Of a DNA stretch of 32,529 nt, positions 8,107 through 19,434 are shown in pieces. Positions within the stretch are counted from its first letter, which is position 1, and each line of letters starts with the position of its first letter. This DNA comes from Porpidia crustulata (taxonomy: Eukaryota), in NCBI GenBank assembly GCA_964255105.1, contig CAXUWE010000014.1:1-32529 (forward strand), in the 5' to 3' direction. A program made the position numbers and the translations under genes. A model generated the notes under the pieces. That model worked only from the letters and a program-made list of their open reading frames with translations. It was not told the origin of the DNA and searched no databases.

Positions 8107-10859
8107 ATGGATTCTCAGAACAATAGCATGCGGATCAATGAGGTTCTGCCGTCTCTCTCTATCACCGCAGATTCATTCGGTAGCGTCAGAGGGCTTGATT
8201 GTGGTCCACCACGTGCATTCTATAGAGACAAATACATGAGATATTTTGACGAAAAGAGCTTGCTGTCCGTAGGGGCGCCTTCGTCGCACCAGATTTCTAA
8301 AGATGAAGCTACAAGCGATATCGCTCCAAGGTACGTCCTTGCTTTGCAACTAGACTTACTTCCGTAAAAGAGAGATAATCTTTACATCGGTCTCGTCCCC
8401 ATTATTCGAAGGACTTTGCTTGATCATACCAAAATTTGGGTGGCATTTATGGCTTACCTCTGACACCAAGTAGTTCTCAAATTCCCAAAAGCCAAGATTC
8501 AAGCGCCCACGAAGATGTCAATTTTGACGGGTCCACCCAGGATGATGACAATTCTATTGTTCCGAATTCCGATCGCCAGTCGGGTACCCCAGAAAGTCAA
8601 GGTGGATCTAACCAGGGTCTAAAAGGTTCTATTGCTCTGAATGGTGTTGAATTGAAGGCTGCTTCTGAAGCTGGCACCAATCGATTATGCTCTCGACGTG
8701 GTAAGACGAATAGCAAGGGAAAGGGACGTAAAGCCACCACTAAATCCCACAAGAGAAAGACATCCCCTGCCAAGACTACTTCACCTGGGAAGAAAAGGGT
8801 CTCATCCAACAAGGTGGTATATGTGGCTAATATGATGAAGGAACTGGATCCTCATCTCAAGGATGGTGGAGAAGAGGCTCGAGAAAACTTTGCCACGAGC
8901 TTATTCGATGCCTCAACCACAAAGTTAACGCGATCGGAAGCGGAAGCCTTGCAAAATCTTGCTCAGGACAAGTTCATACCCCCTAGAGAAAGTCTCGACG
9001 TGGAGCTCCTGGTGAAAGAGCAGCTGACACGTCGCCGAGGTGTGAAGAGATACCACCAAACAGACGGGAAGATCCCATACCATATTCATCGAAGTAGTGA
9101 AGGCCATGCGGGAGGGGTGAAGAAATCACAACACAAGCAGGTGAAAATGACTGATAAAAAGTGTCGCAATGCTCAGGGCTTGCATTCTTCAAATCGGTCA
9201 ATGAAAGAACAGGAGCAGATGGCTTTAGATGACCGGGACAAGTGGGATGACCGCAAGAGTGAGTGCCCAGCAATTTTGTGGTTCAAATTTAATGTCCCCT
9301 CCTATTTTCTGACACGATTGCTGCGTGGATTAGCCCGAATCAACACTTTGCTGAGTACGCCTTGTTATTCCGCATCACCGACGACATTGGAATCGGCAAA
9401 TTCGATGTCAGGAGAACCCCCGTGTTACCTAAATCCAAGCAAAATCCCAAAAGACTACAACCTTTCTATGGAGCAAGGATTACACGTCTTCTCACCCACT
9501 AGAAGAGTCTTCGAGGACTTTCCTAATTTCCTTGAGATTGTGGAGAATCTCGCTGGACGTCAGTGTGGCGTTGTAAAGGTGGTTGTTCCAAATGGATGGT
9601 CAGTCAACTTCATGATCCACTATGGCCCTTCAGATTACTGATCGCTATTATTGTATGACAGTCTGAAACCTCGAGACAAACCTTTCCATGGCTTGAATAA
9701 TCAAAAGAATTCGAAGGCGCTAAAAACAAGTCTGACGAAGTTGAAAATGCAGAAGGGCAGCGCAGGTTCTAGCCCGATATACGACATCTCTATGCCCACT
9801 ACTGAGAGCCTGCCCGCTGCTGCATGGTGCAAACCCATCCAAGATGACCGAAGAGTATGGCAGAACCAGCTGGGAATGGATGGTGTTTATATCAAAGATA
9901 TCTGGAAAGAGTTCCAATCGATATACCCCTATACCGAGCACACGATGATTAGCGACAACCAACGATGGACTGACAGTGGTTTCTACGCAGCGGATATCGC
10001 TGGTAAGCCACTCTTCTGTATAAAGTGGCATAGTTGCTTATTTTGTGCTATGGGAGCAACGAGTGATTTAAGGGTCACACTTCGTTGCGCCAACCCAAAT
10101 TTAGCAGCGTATAAGGGAAACTCTTTGATGAAGTCTCGATATTCAGAAAGTGGCTTTAACAACCCGGTCTTCCAAATCTCAAGCTTCGAAGCTACTCTTT
10201 TTGGAATGCGCATCGCCGAACTTGGCGCGTACTTACTGAATTATCACCATGACGGTGCGCCACAAATTTGGACGGTTGTAGAACCTGCAGCGCACAAGAA
10301 GCTTGAAGATACACTATGCAGCTCTCAACAGATCTTGAAGGCCAGAGAAGAAGCATCTGGCCTTGCGATACCCCGTCCCAAGATTCGGCCCGCATGCGAT
10401 AACTTCCTGAGGCATCAGCCAATGTATGTCCCCAATGACACGCTGGCATTGTATAGCATCGAGTACACCAGAGCAGTTCAGTACCTGGGCGAAATGATTA
10501 TTGTATTTCCATTCGCATATCATCAAGCTTATAACGCGGGACCGAACGTCACTGAGTCCATGCCTTATGCCAGCAGTCGCTGGGAGGTCTTTCCGAATAC
10601 TAATCTCCTGCAGCCCTGCCACAAAGATTGCAAACGCGATGAATCACTTCGAGAGGGGCCTTCGTCCAGTGATTCCGGCTTTGTAAAAAGCCCAGCGTCT
10701 AAGCAAGGTATGACCGCCAATGACAGTATCGGTCATGACACACCATCACTTGCACCATCACTTGCACCATCCAGCGATTCCAGCCCACCAGATCCAAGCG
10801 TGCCAGGCCCAAGTCCACATGCAGAGGAGCCGAGGGTCAAGATAAGGAGGCTGATTTGA
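8107..10859 (+). CDS. JmjN/JmjC domain protein, KDM4/Rph1-like, probably catalytically inactive
   Basis: JmjN-like segment LHVFSPTRRVFEDFPNFLEIVENLAGRQCGVVKVVVPNG (~9480-9598). JmjC-like segments LNYHHDGAPQIW, CDNFLRH and VQYLGEMIIVFPFAYHQAYNAGPNVTES. Intron 9599-9661 joins the two long ORFs in phase. Introns 8331-8473, 9259-9333 and ~10003-10056, and the start at 8107, are less certain. Confidence 0.8.
10741..10771 (+). repeat. 12-bp in-frame tandem repeat (CACCATCACTTG x ~2.6; PSLA-PSLA-PS)
   Basis: CACCATCACTTG CACCATCACTTG CACCATC read directly, in the Pro/Ser-rich tail of the JmjC protein. Confidence 0.85.
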
Positions 10860-11935
10860 TAAAACAGAAGATACCACAAGTACGTCAAGAGACCTAGAGC
10901 ATTATAGAAAGTGTGTTCTGAAATCTTCTTAAGAGACGAACGAGATCTTGAGGCTAGATAAACTTGAGCGATAATTGAAAACTTCATTATCATCAGCCCC
11001 TTCGAGCGAAGCCACCGGCTACCCGAATCATCGTTCAACAGCATCGTGTGGTGAGGGAATTATTGTATCAGCATACCTTCAGGCCAACGATCAACTGATC
11101 CTATTTTACGAGCGGAAGTCCTACTACAGACCATCATATCAAGCGCCTTTGAGACTTGATTACGCTACTGGGAGCAAAACTTTGGGTACCGCTGCTACGT
11201 GTCTTTCACATTTGTTCCGATGTCCCAAATTCCTTTGATTATCACTTCCATTGCTAGACTACTTGACGCTCCTCAGTTGAGCGTACTGAACATACTCCAC
11301 GTTCGTATCGTTTACACCGCCGTCGGTCATTGCGTTGTTATAGAGAAGTAGCCAGTTCGATGGGAATCTACGGTAGGATAAAGTGTCCAGGAAGAGGACA
11401 TTCAAATCGTTTCTTTCTGTCAGTCCACTGTACGCAATGAGTAACGGTAATGTTTCCTAGATAGCCGTTGTGAAGCCATGACGATCTTGATCCTTCGAGT
11501 TTGGTTGTAGATGCTGCCTAGACTGGTCGAGAATCTATGATATCAAGCGCAGTGACTTTGTTTTGTTGGCATACCAGCACCCCATGGTGCTGATTTCCTT
11601 GGGTTGGTAATTTCCGGCCCTACCAGGCTAGCCTTACCCAGCTAGCCCTATCACATTCGCTTATTTAGCGCTAGTGGGACTGCAGAGTTTTACCTCTCCA
11701 GACCCCCTTTCGTACATACCATCTGCATCAATATAAACCACATGTATGATCACCATAATAAATGCTTCATGTTGACCAATTGCCTAATTGCTGCCACCTG
11801 ATTCGCCAACATGTTTCCCATCATGTCAAAAGAACTATCGGGATATGGTGAGGTGATAGGACGCGGCAAGTGGGACCAATGGGCGTGGTGATCGCTGTCT
11901 ACTCGCATGCTAACCTTAAAAGGGTTACTCTAGCG

Positions 11936-11947
11936 AACCCTAACCCT
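11936..11947 (+). repeat. Interstitial telomeric-repeat dimer AACCCTAACCCT
   Basis: Two exact copies of the C-strand of TTAGGG in intergenic DNA, preceded by related TAACCTT/AGGGTTA at 11911-11927. Confidence 0.7.
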
Positions 11948-12085
11948 GGTGGGTCTCGCTGGTAAAGATTTGCTAAAAGACTTCAGCCTCTTTCCTTTTG
12001 GAGCTAAATAGTTGCACAAAAAGTCATCGAATCTAGGCCCTTGCTTACTTCCTAGATGTACATGAAAATTACAAGCATTCCTAAT

Positions 12086-13294
12086 CTATTGCAGCAAATC
12101 GATGAGGGTTACCGCGTTGCCCAGATCGAGTTTTACGGGTATCTCCCCAGATTCAGCGCTAGCACCTTCCTCCTCTTCGTAATCCTGCAAATCAACAGTA
12201 TCCGTATACACCGCTTCAGACTCGGCGTTGTGCACTTCTTCATCCAATGTGCTGTCTTGTCCATCAGGTAGCCGATGGAGCTGAACCCTTGTCCACCACG
12301 TGCCGTCCATTATACGAGGCTTCCCCTCCACATTCTCATCAAGGTATTTGTCCTCTACCCACAATTCTTCCAGCTTTTCGCATCTCGCTCGAAGTTCGCC
12401 CACATCCTCCTGCGCAACTCTGCATTTGCCTAGCCACAATTCTTTCAACCCCTTCCATTTTACCGGCTTCAAACTATGCCACGTGCGAGTGTTCTTCTCC
12501 ACACTTAAGATATCCAGTAGTAAAGGGTTCAAACCCTTCCCATCACACCACCAGATTTTAATTCTTTCGATCTTGTCGCTAGCAGCGAAGCTCGCGAGCC
12601 AGTCATGCAGAACCCTGGTTCCCAGCCTCTTTTGTACCCTTATCGCGCTATGCCTGGCTTCCTCATTCCCGGGAGAATGCTCAGCTCCTTGTGAATGGTC
12701 TCTGTCCCAAGGCATCAACCCGACTTCAAGGCTGGTCAGACCTCTCCAGACGTGGGCCCCTGTCCACTCGGTCTTACCAAAGCTTGTGAGAGGCCCCCAC
12801 CGCATCGCCATCACCCCAGGTACGCTCAGTGTGCTAATTGTCATGTGGCGTAAAATTGGCACGCTTGCAGCCTGCAAGACCAGTCGAAATGCCAGTAGAG
12901 GATAGAAATCGTCGTACGCGGGCGCCACTACGTCCAAGTGCGTCAAAGACGTGAGGTTGAGCATAGTGAATGGCATGTCCGCTTTCGAGGAGGCAGACTC
13001 TGGGAGTTTTATGGTAGAGGGCAGTAGTTTGACGGTCAATCGGCAGCAATGTGGGGAGAGCCTGTGAAATGTTTGCAGGTCAGCGACGCTGTAGTGTGAA
13101 AGTGGAAACGTGATTTTTAGGGAGCGGAGCGGAGACGATTCCGTGTCGACCCAAAGCTTTACCGTGCGTGATACGAGGCGGAGAATGAAACGAGTATGTG
13201 GAGCAAGTAGAGTGAGGACCTTTTGGGCTGGTGCAGCATGAGGGAAGTTTGATTGATGGTGTTTCGTCGTTGGACTATCCTTGAATGTTACCAT
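12086..13294 (-). CDS. Hypothetical protein (~402 aa), possible N-terminal F-box-like motif followed by LRR-like segments and an acidic tail
   Basis: Intronless ORF with first ATG at 13294. KVLTLLAPHTRFILRLVSRTVKLWVD is F-box-like. LxxLxL-type segments recur (LTSLTHLDV, LTSLEV, LKELWL, LEELWV). The domain call is by eye only. Confidence 0.7.
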   Translation of the reverse strand: MVTFKDSPTTKHHQSNFPHAAPAQKVLTLLAPHTRFILRLVSRTVKLWVDTESSPLRSLKITFPLSHYSVADLQTFHRLSPHCCRLTVKLLPSTIKLPESASSKADMPFTMLNLTSLTHLDVVAPAYDDFYPLLAFRLVLQAASVPILRHMTISTLSVPGVMAMRWGPLTSFGKTEWTGAHVWRGLTSLEVGLMPWDRDHSQGAEHSPGNEEARHSAIRVQKRLGTRVLHDWLASFAASDKIERIKIWWCDGKGLNPLLLDILSVEKNTRTWHSLKPVKWKGLKELWLGKCRVAQEDVGELRARCEKLEELWVEDKYLDENVEGKPRIMDGTWWTRVQLHRLPDGQDSTLDEEVHNAESEAVYTDTVDLQDYEEEEGASAESGEIPVKLDLGNAVTLIDLLQ

Positions 13295-13959
13295 TTTGAG
13301 ATTTGACAGCTCTTGACAGGCCTGTTGTGATTTGTGATAGGTGACGAGCGGAGACAAGGGATTGAACGACCTCCAGGGAGGTAGAACAAGATTACGATGA
13401 CAAACAAAATCAGCTTCATACCTCAGTGAATTATTACTAAATCAGGAAGCTCACGTGGGCATGCGGGTCTTCACACGACACTTGGATAGTCGACCGTACG
13501 TTTGTATCTAGAATTATCTGTGCTCAGATAGCAGTGTACAGAAAGCCAGTAAAGTCTAAAGAAGCTGATTGATAAGGCTTCTAGGCTCCTCCAATCCTAA
13601 TGGCATGGCAAAAAAGAGCGCTTGAAGAAAATGTCACATACAAGAGAAGGAGATCAAGCAGACAGACAACAAGAACTTCCCTTGATTTTGCAAAAGCAGC
13701 ATTGGGCCCTTTGTCTCTGTAAATAGTGGGTCATGCATGGGATATGGGTCTTAAGGTTCTTCTTTTGGCGCTATCTAGCTCTCTATACTGTCTTGATATT
13801 TCGAGATGCTGGACAACAGTCATCATACCGTCTTTGATAGTAGAACCTAACGCCTTGTAACGGTACTTGTCGCGATTACTCATTTTTCGAACCACGCTTT
13901 TCTGGGATATCTACATGACATGAACCTGTCAATCGTCTAAGATGACCAAAACTCATAGC

Positions 13960-16900
13960 CTAGTGTTTGCCCTTCGGCTCTTGCCCGAAGATCTTCTGCC
14001 ATATATCAAACCACGCCTGCTGCTGTGGAGATAACAATCGCCCAGGACTCTGGAACGACTGCGACGTTATGGATCTTAAGTTGGTGCGAAGGACTTTGAT
14101 AGCCAGCATAGTCTTCCAGTCGGCTACCCGAAATCGAAGCCGATTACCATCAATGATAATGACGCCCGAGTACATCTGACAGAGATCGACGAACATCAGC
14201 AAGTCTATTTATTGCTGGGAATACTCGGTACCCATACCTTGAAGTCTGCATCACCGCATAACAGAGCTATGGCAAAAGCTTCGACAGAAGTGGTTTCGTG
14301 AGCGTTGTAGAATCTATAAGAGGGTTTAGAAATTTGCATAGCAGGTGATATTGAACCCACTTATTGCTTGACTGCATGATGTGATAGAAAGATAGCCAAT
14401 CTGGCGGCCGCTCTACCCCTTTGTTGACTGACGCGGGATGCAAACTAACTACCTGATTGTTCGCTACATTTCTCCATCCTTTCCCGTCTCGCTTAAGGAG
14501 TTTGGGGTAGAAGCTCCAAGCGATGACCGTACTCAAGATGAGATCGTCATCATTATTACGGTTGAAATGCTCAGGGATCTCTACGAAGCGCTTCGACTTC
14601 GAAAAGGGTTTACTATTTAATTCATTTAGTAGCACCTTGGGATCTAGGCGTCTGACATACTTGTGTGAAGGATCCTGCTGCTTGCCGTCATAGTTCATGA
14701 AGCCTGCATCATCCAGCAATGTTGCGAGTTGCATTTTCAGGTCTTCGATACTGGATAGCGTTTGCTGACTCAAGGAATTCTTGCGGCAGAATTGATATTC
14801 CTGAGATGCGTTCGTCCGACAAACTCGGCGCCAGGCACAGTATGCGTTGTAGACCGTCAGTAGATCAGACTCACCTGGGAAACTTTAGCCGAAAGACGAT
14901 TCAGAGGCAGCAATTATAGTGACCTTTTTTGTAAGCAAACCTAGCTGCATCTACCTGCGACCGATTACCCATTGGCGTAGTAAAGGGTGACTTGGACGAT
15001 AAGATGGCGCTTATCGTCAACGCTGCGTCAAGTGTCAGGAATATGCTGCCAAGCAGGATCAGCTTGCCCAAGAAGACGTCAAGTGGAAATTTTGCAAGCT
15101 GCCTTCCCAGAGGTGTAAGATCCTCTGCAGAGGTCAGAGCTTTGACGTCTATGAGAGAATCTATTGCACGCCTTATGTTTTTTGATAAAGGAGGGTCAAT
15201 AGCTTCTAATAGGGTTTGTTCAATCCCGCCAAGCTTGCAAATCTTGACACGAAGCACTAAGTCTTGTAATGATAGTCGGAGCATCTCAGGAGTTTGCTCT
15301 TCCGTCATCTGATTCAGGATTAGTACCCATCAGATAATAACATCAGACCATCTCACCATGTTATCATGCCGTGCCTTTGTGAACAAGTGAAAACAAAGTC
15401 CACATTGTACACGACCAGCACGTCCACGGCGTTGCTTGGCGTTCGCACGCGATATGAAAGATTCAATTAGCCTTGACAGCTGACGCCTTTCGTCGAACCT
15501 ATGATTTTATCAGCGACTGCTACTTTGAAAGTTTCATAAACCACGGACCTCATCTCTTTATGTCTACCAGTGTCAATTACACATGTCACATCTGGTATAG
15601 TGATGCCGGTTTCGGCAATATTAGTGGCCAAAACAATCTTCCTTACCCCTTGACGAGGAACAAGGAAAGCCTTCTCTTGCTCCTCCATTGCGATTGTAGA
15701 ATGTAAGGCATGGATATGCCATCCCTTAGAGAAAGTTTGATGGCTAAGAAGCATATTATTAAGCCGTCTAATTTCTGCAATTCCCGGTAAAAAGACCAGC
15801 ACTGCTTTACTGTAACTTGTGTAGGTAGTGCTCGTGGCTAACGTAACAAGGAGCTTTACAATCAAATCGTACCCTATCCGATACTCGTCGAATTTGGCCA
15901 GAGTATTGCGAGTCTTCACACTGTAGCCTTGTAATTGCTCGGTAAAGTTCTGCCTTCCAGACAAGTCCATTGATATCTCGTCAATGTCGTCAAGATCCTC
16001 AACCTGGGGCTCTCGACCGGAGAGATCGTGATCGTCAAACTGGGTTGCTTCAATGGCATCTTCCAAGTATTTCGTGTCGACAGGAAATGTTCGTCCTGGA
16101 ACTATCATGATAGGCGCCCCTGCCAGATACTTTGAAAAGTGTTGAGCATCAACAGTAGCAGACATAAGAAGCACCTTGAGATCGGGTCGTCTAGCCATAA
16201 GTTTCCGAAGAACAATGAGTAGGAAATCGTTGTCTATCGTTCTTTCGTGCACTTCATCAAGCACTAAATGGGTTATTTCCCCAAGATCATCTGGCCTCTC
16301 CAACATTCGCATCACAATCCCGGTAGTGGCGAATACTAGCCTAGTTTGAGTTGTCATATGACTTTCCAACCGTATCGCATATCCCACAAGTGATCTTGAA
16401 GATCCAACGTCATTTTTGCCCTCACCAAGCTCCTCACTCACGCGGCGCGCAAGTGTTATTGCTGAAATTCGGCGAGGCTCAGTGCAGTATACTTTGCAAG
16501 GTCTCCCATGTGAGAGTTCGTGTTCAAGGATGAAGGCCGGGACCTGGGTGCTTTTGCCACATCCTGTCTCACCACATACAATTACAATCTGATGCTTATC
16601 GACTGCTTCTAGAAGCTTATCTTTAAAGGCCCAGATTGGCAAGGTCTTACGCAAGGTCAACATTCGGCCATACGACACTGTTGACATTTTGGCGTGCCAA
16701 ATTACCTTCAACTCGTTGGGAAAATCGTCAGGGCGTCCAAAGTCCGGTATGTAAGCTTTTGGACGATCAGACTTTGCAAGTGATATCTTGAAGTTAGGGC
16801 GATTGTTCCCAAGAGCCGTGATATTCTTGACAGATTGCTCATTTTGACCGATGAAAGAACGAAGCTCGCGTAAAGTCTCTCTATCAAGAGCGTCGTTTCG

Positions 16901-18840
16901 CTTCTTCGTCATATTGGATAACTCTGTCCAAAGGTCTCTCCACGTTGAAGGTAGACGAAGATATATCTTTTCTTCTTTTGCGATAGAGTGAAAAACAAGA
17001 AATAATGCGATAGTCGAAATGAAGGCTTGAGACTGAGTGGAGGTTGCGGTTGATATCGAAGTCATCTCAAATTTGAAACATGTTGCATTCGCCGAGCATG
17101 ATATGTCAGGGGGAGCTGGATTCATGGGTATCTCTTGACTTCGCGTCCAGGTAATAGAAACCGATTGTCGATATGAGGTGGATGAGGATGAGATTAGGTT
17201 GTACATGATCTTGCACAAAGGATCCCTGATATAAGTTTTGGTAAGTGATGGTCATAGATACCAAGATCTCAAAGCCTTACGTATCTTACCTCGCTTTACA
17301 TGCTTCTTCTAAAATCCGCGATGGATTCAAACCCGTCCATTTCCCAAATTCTCGAACTGTGACCGCAGCACTGCCTTGAATTGTGCTGGCTACATTGCTG
17401 ATCTCCGGAACTGCGTCGGTATTTTCTTCTGGCAAGGTAAAGAGCAGATCTCCAAGCATATCCATGGACGTTTCTTCTGTGATTGCAGAGCCCCGCGTCA
17501 CCAACGATCCACTATTGTCTCGACTTTCGGATGATTTCGATTCGACTCTCAGTCGAAATTTTCTACGTTCAGATACTTCTTTGGCAATATCATTCTGTGC
17601 TAGCATCCATTTTTCGTTGGCGTCGTCTTGATCAAACAATACATCGGACTCTATGACACGTAATTTTCTGAGTATATTAGAAGCCTCTGGAGTCAAGGGT
17701 TCAATCTGTAGCCGATTGGTGTTGGCCGTAGTCTTGGGACCCCTTCGCCTTCCATGTCCGATTTGGACAAGTTCAGGCTGCAGTTCATAGAGACGTGACT
17801 GCAACAATAGATACCTTTCCACTAGCTTTGCGGGATCGATATCATCGTCAGACTCTGTACTGGTGTTGCTAGACTTATCTTTGAGGAGATGATTGTCGGT
17901 ATCTGAATTCAATGCGGGTTCGAGATGTTGAACGGGAGTGTCAGGCATCAATACCGTCGTCGGGCTATTTTGCTCATCTATTATAGGTCAGCTGAGCAAC
18001 GGTGTATCCAGTATTTTTTGCTCTATGCTCCATGTAAGATAAACAGAATGACAAACCTTGTCCCAGAGCCACCCAACCAGGTGGAAGCAGTCTGAACTGT
18101 GTATTCAGGTTCTTGCCGCTTGGAGTCTGATAAGGCGGCATCTCTTCTGATTCGGAGGTTGAAGCTAGCCAATCTAGACAATCCTCGAGACCCCAGATCA
18201 AGTCCTTACCAGCAGTCGAACTTGGATGCCTAACATTACGGTCTTTAATTAGTGGTTGACGAATCGCGATAGTTATTTTTTCTTGAGAAAAGCCTAGCTT
18301 GCAAAGAGTCTGCTTCAACGTCCACAGTCTTATAATCAATTCATCTTCCGAAAAAGTAGACTCGGATTTCCTATCCTCGGGTCCTGTAATTGGATTTGGA
18401 TCTTGTAAGCGAAACAGATCTATAACGTGCTCCATGATTTCGGTTGGTAGCCAAGATTGAGTCGTGAGACATGTTGACAGCGGACGAAGTGTACGTCGCT
18501 CTGTTTGAAGTCTACCAAATAGCCGAGTGGAGTCCCTTTTTGACTTCTCACCGTCCTTCTCTAACATACATTGTAGATCGGATTCCTCTAGTTGTCTTTC
18601 TAGCTCCTCGGGGCTGAGTTGGTAGAGTTGCCTCGCTGGCTCTTCAATGCTTTCTTGAATCAACCTATCTGGGGGATCATGGCTTATCTCAGCATCTGGT
18701 GATGAGAGTTCTCCATTCGGTAAGTCCAACATGTCTTCCAAGACTCCATCGGAAGCTTTCGACTTTGAAGGCATTGAGCTTGTTGCAAAGCCACGAGAAG
18801 GGTTGCCGAGAGGTTTCTTCTTCTTCCTATTTGGAGCCAT
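13960..18840 (-). CDS. DExH-box ATP-dependent RNA helicase, DHX29/DHX57-like, ~1493 aa, 8 exons
   Basis: Exons 18840-18057, 17977-17290, 17225-15549, 15498-15357, 15308-14924, 14874-14361, 14313-14238, 14175-13960, all GT-AG and in phase. Motifs: [57 protein letters not shown]2 region [14 protein letters not shown], and OB-fold LHPASVN. Confidence 0.93.
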
Positions 18841-18992
18841 GACTGGTAAAGCCCCTTTATCTATCTAGGGCAGAACATCGAAAATATTATTCCTCGTGAG
18901 AGAATCCAGATACACATTAGCTTGTCACCACAATTCATCATTTCGATGAAAGCTATTCTAGAGCCATGACATTAAAGTCCTCCTTTTGCCAA

Positions 18993-19348
18993 TGACTCAA
19001 CATTGCCAAACAACACAGGGTGTGCCATAAGTCGTTGGAGCATAAGCGAGTATGGGAGCACGGGGAGCCATCAAGACATCTTCAATCTCAACAAGATTAT
19101 TATGGCATAACTACAAGCGTGTATTTAAAATACGTCATGACACTACACTCGCCTACAAGACTTTGAATAGTAGACTTAAGAATTCGGATATATGATTGTT
19201 TCTATGTGATTTGATTGAGTCTGACGCGGTCGGTAACCCTTAAGCCGCTTATGCTTCAATGACTTATGGCACCCCCTGGTGATCCGACAATTGTGATTGG
19301 TCAGCGGAAAATTACGCCTAGTGCAAAATATAAGGTATTATTGACTCA
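18993..19348. promoter_or_regulatory. Two Gcn4/CpcA/CPC-1-type elements (TGACTCA) in the divergent helicase/GCN1 promoter
   Basis: TGACTCA at 18993-18999 and 19342-19348, with near matches TGAGTCT (19216) and TGACTTA (19260), all inside the 594-bp intergenic region 18841-19434. Confidence 0.55.
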
Positions 19349-19434
19349 ACGAGACCAATTTTTTATACGTAGCTAGCGGGTGATGTGCGAAGCAGTCTCA
19401 ATGTCACTATTACTGATTTTCTATCTTTGAGACC

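Noticed and set aside
12300..12905. 201-aa plus-strand ORF
   Set aside because: Antisense shadow of the 12086-13294 CDS.
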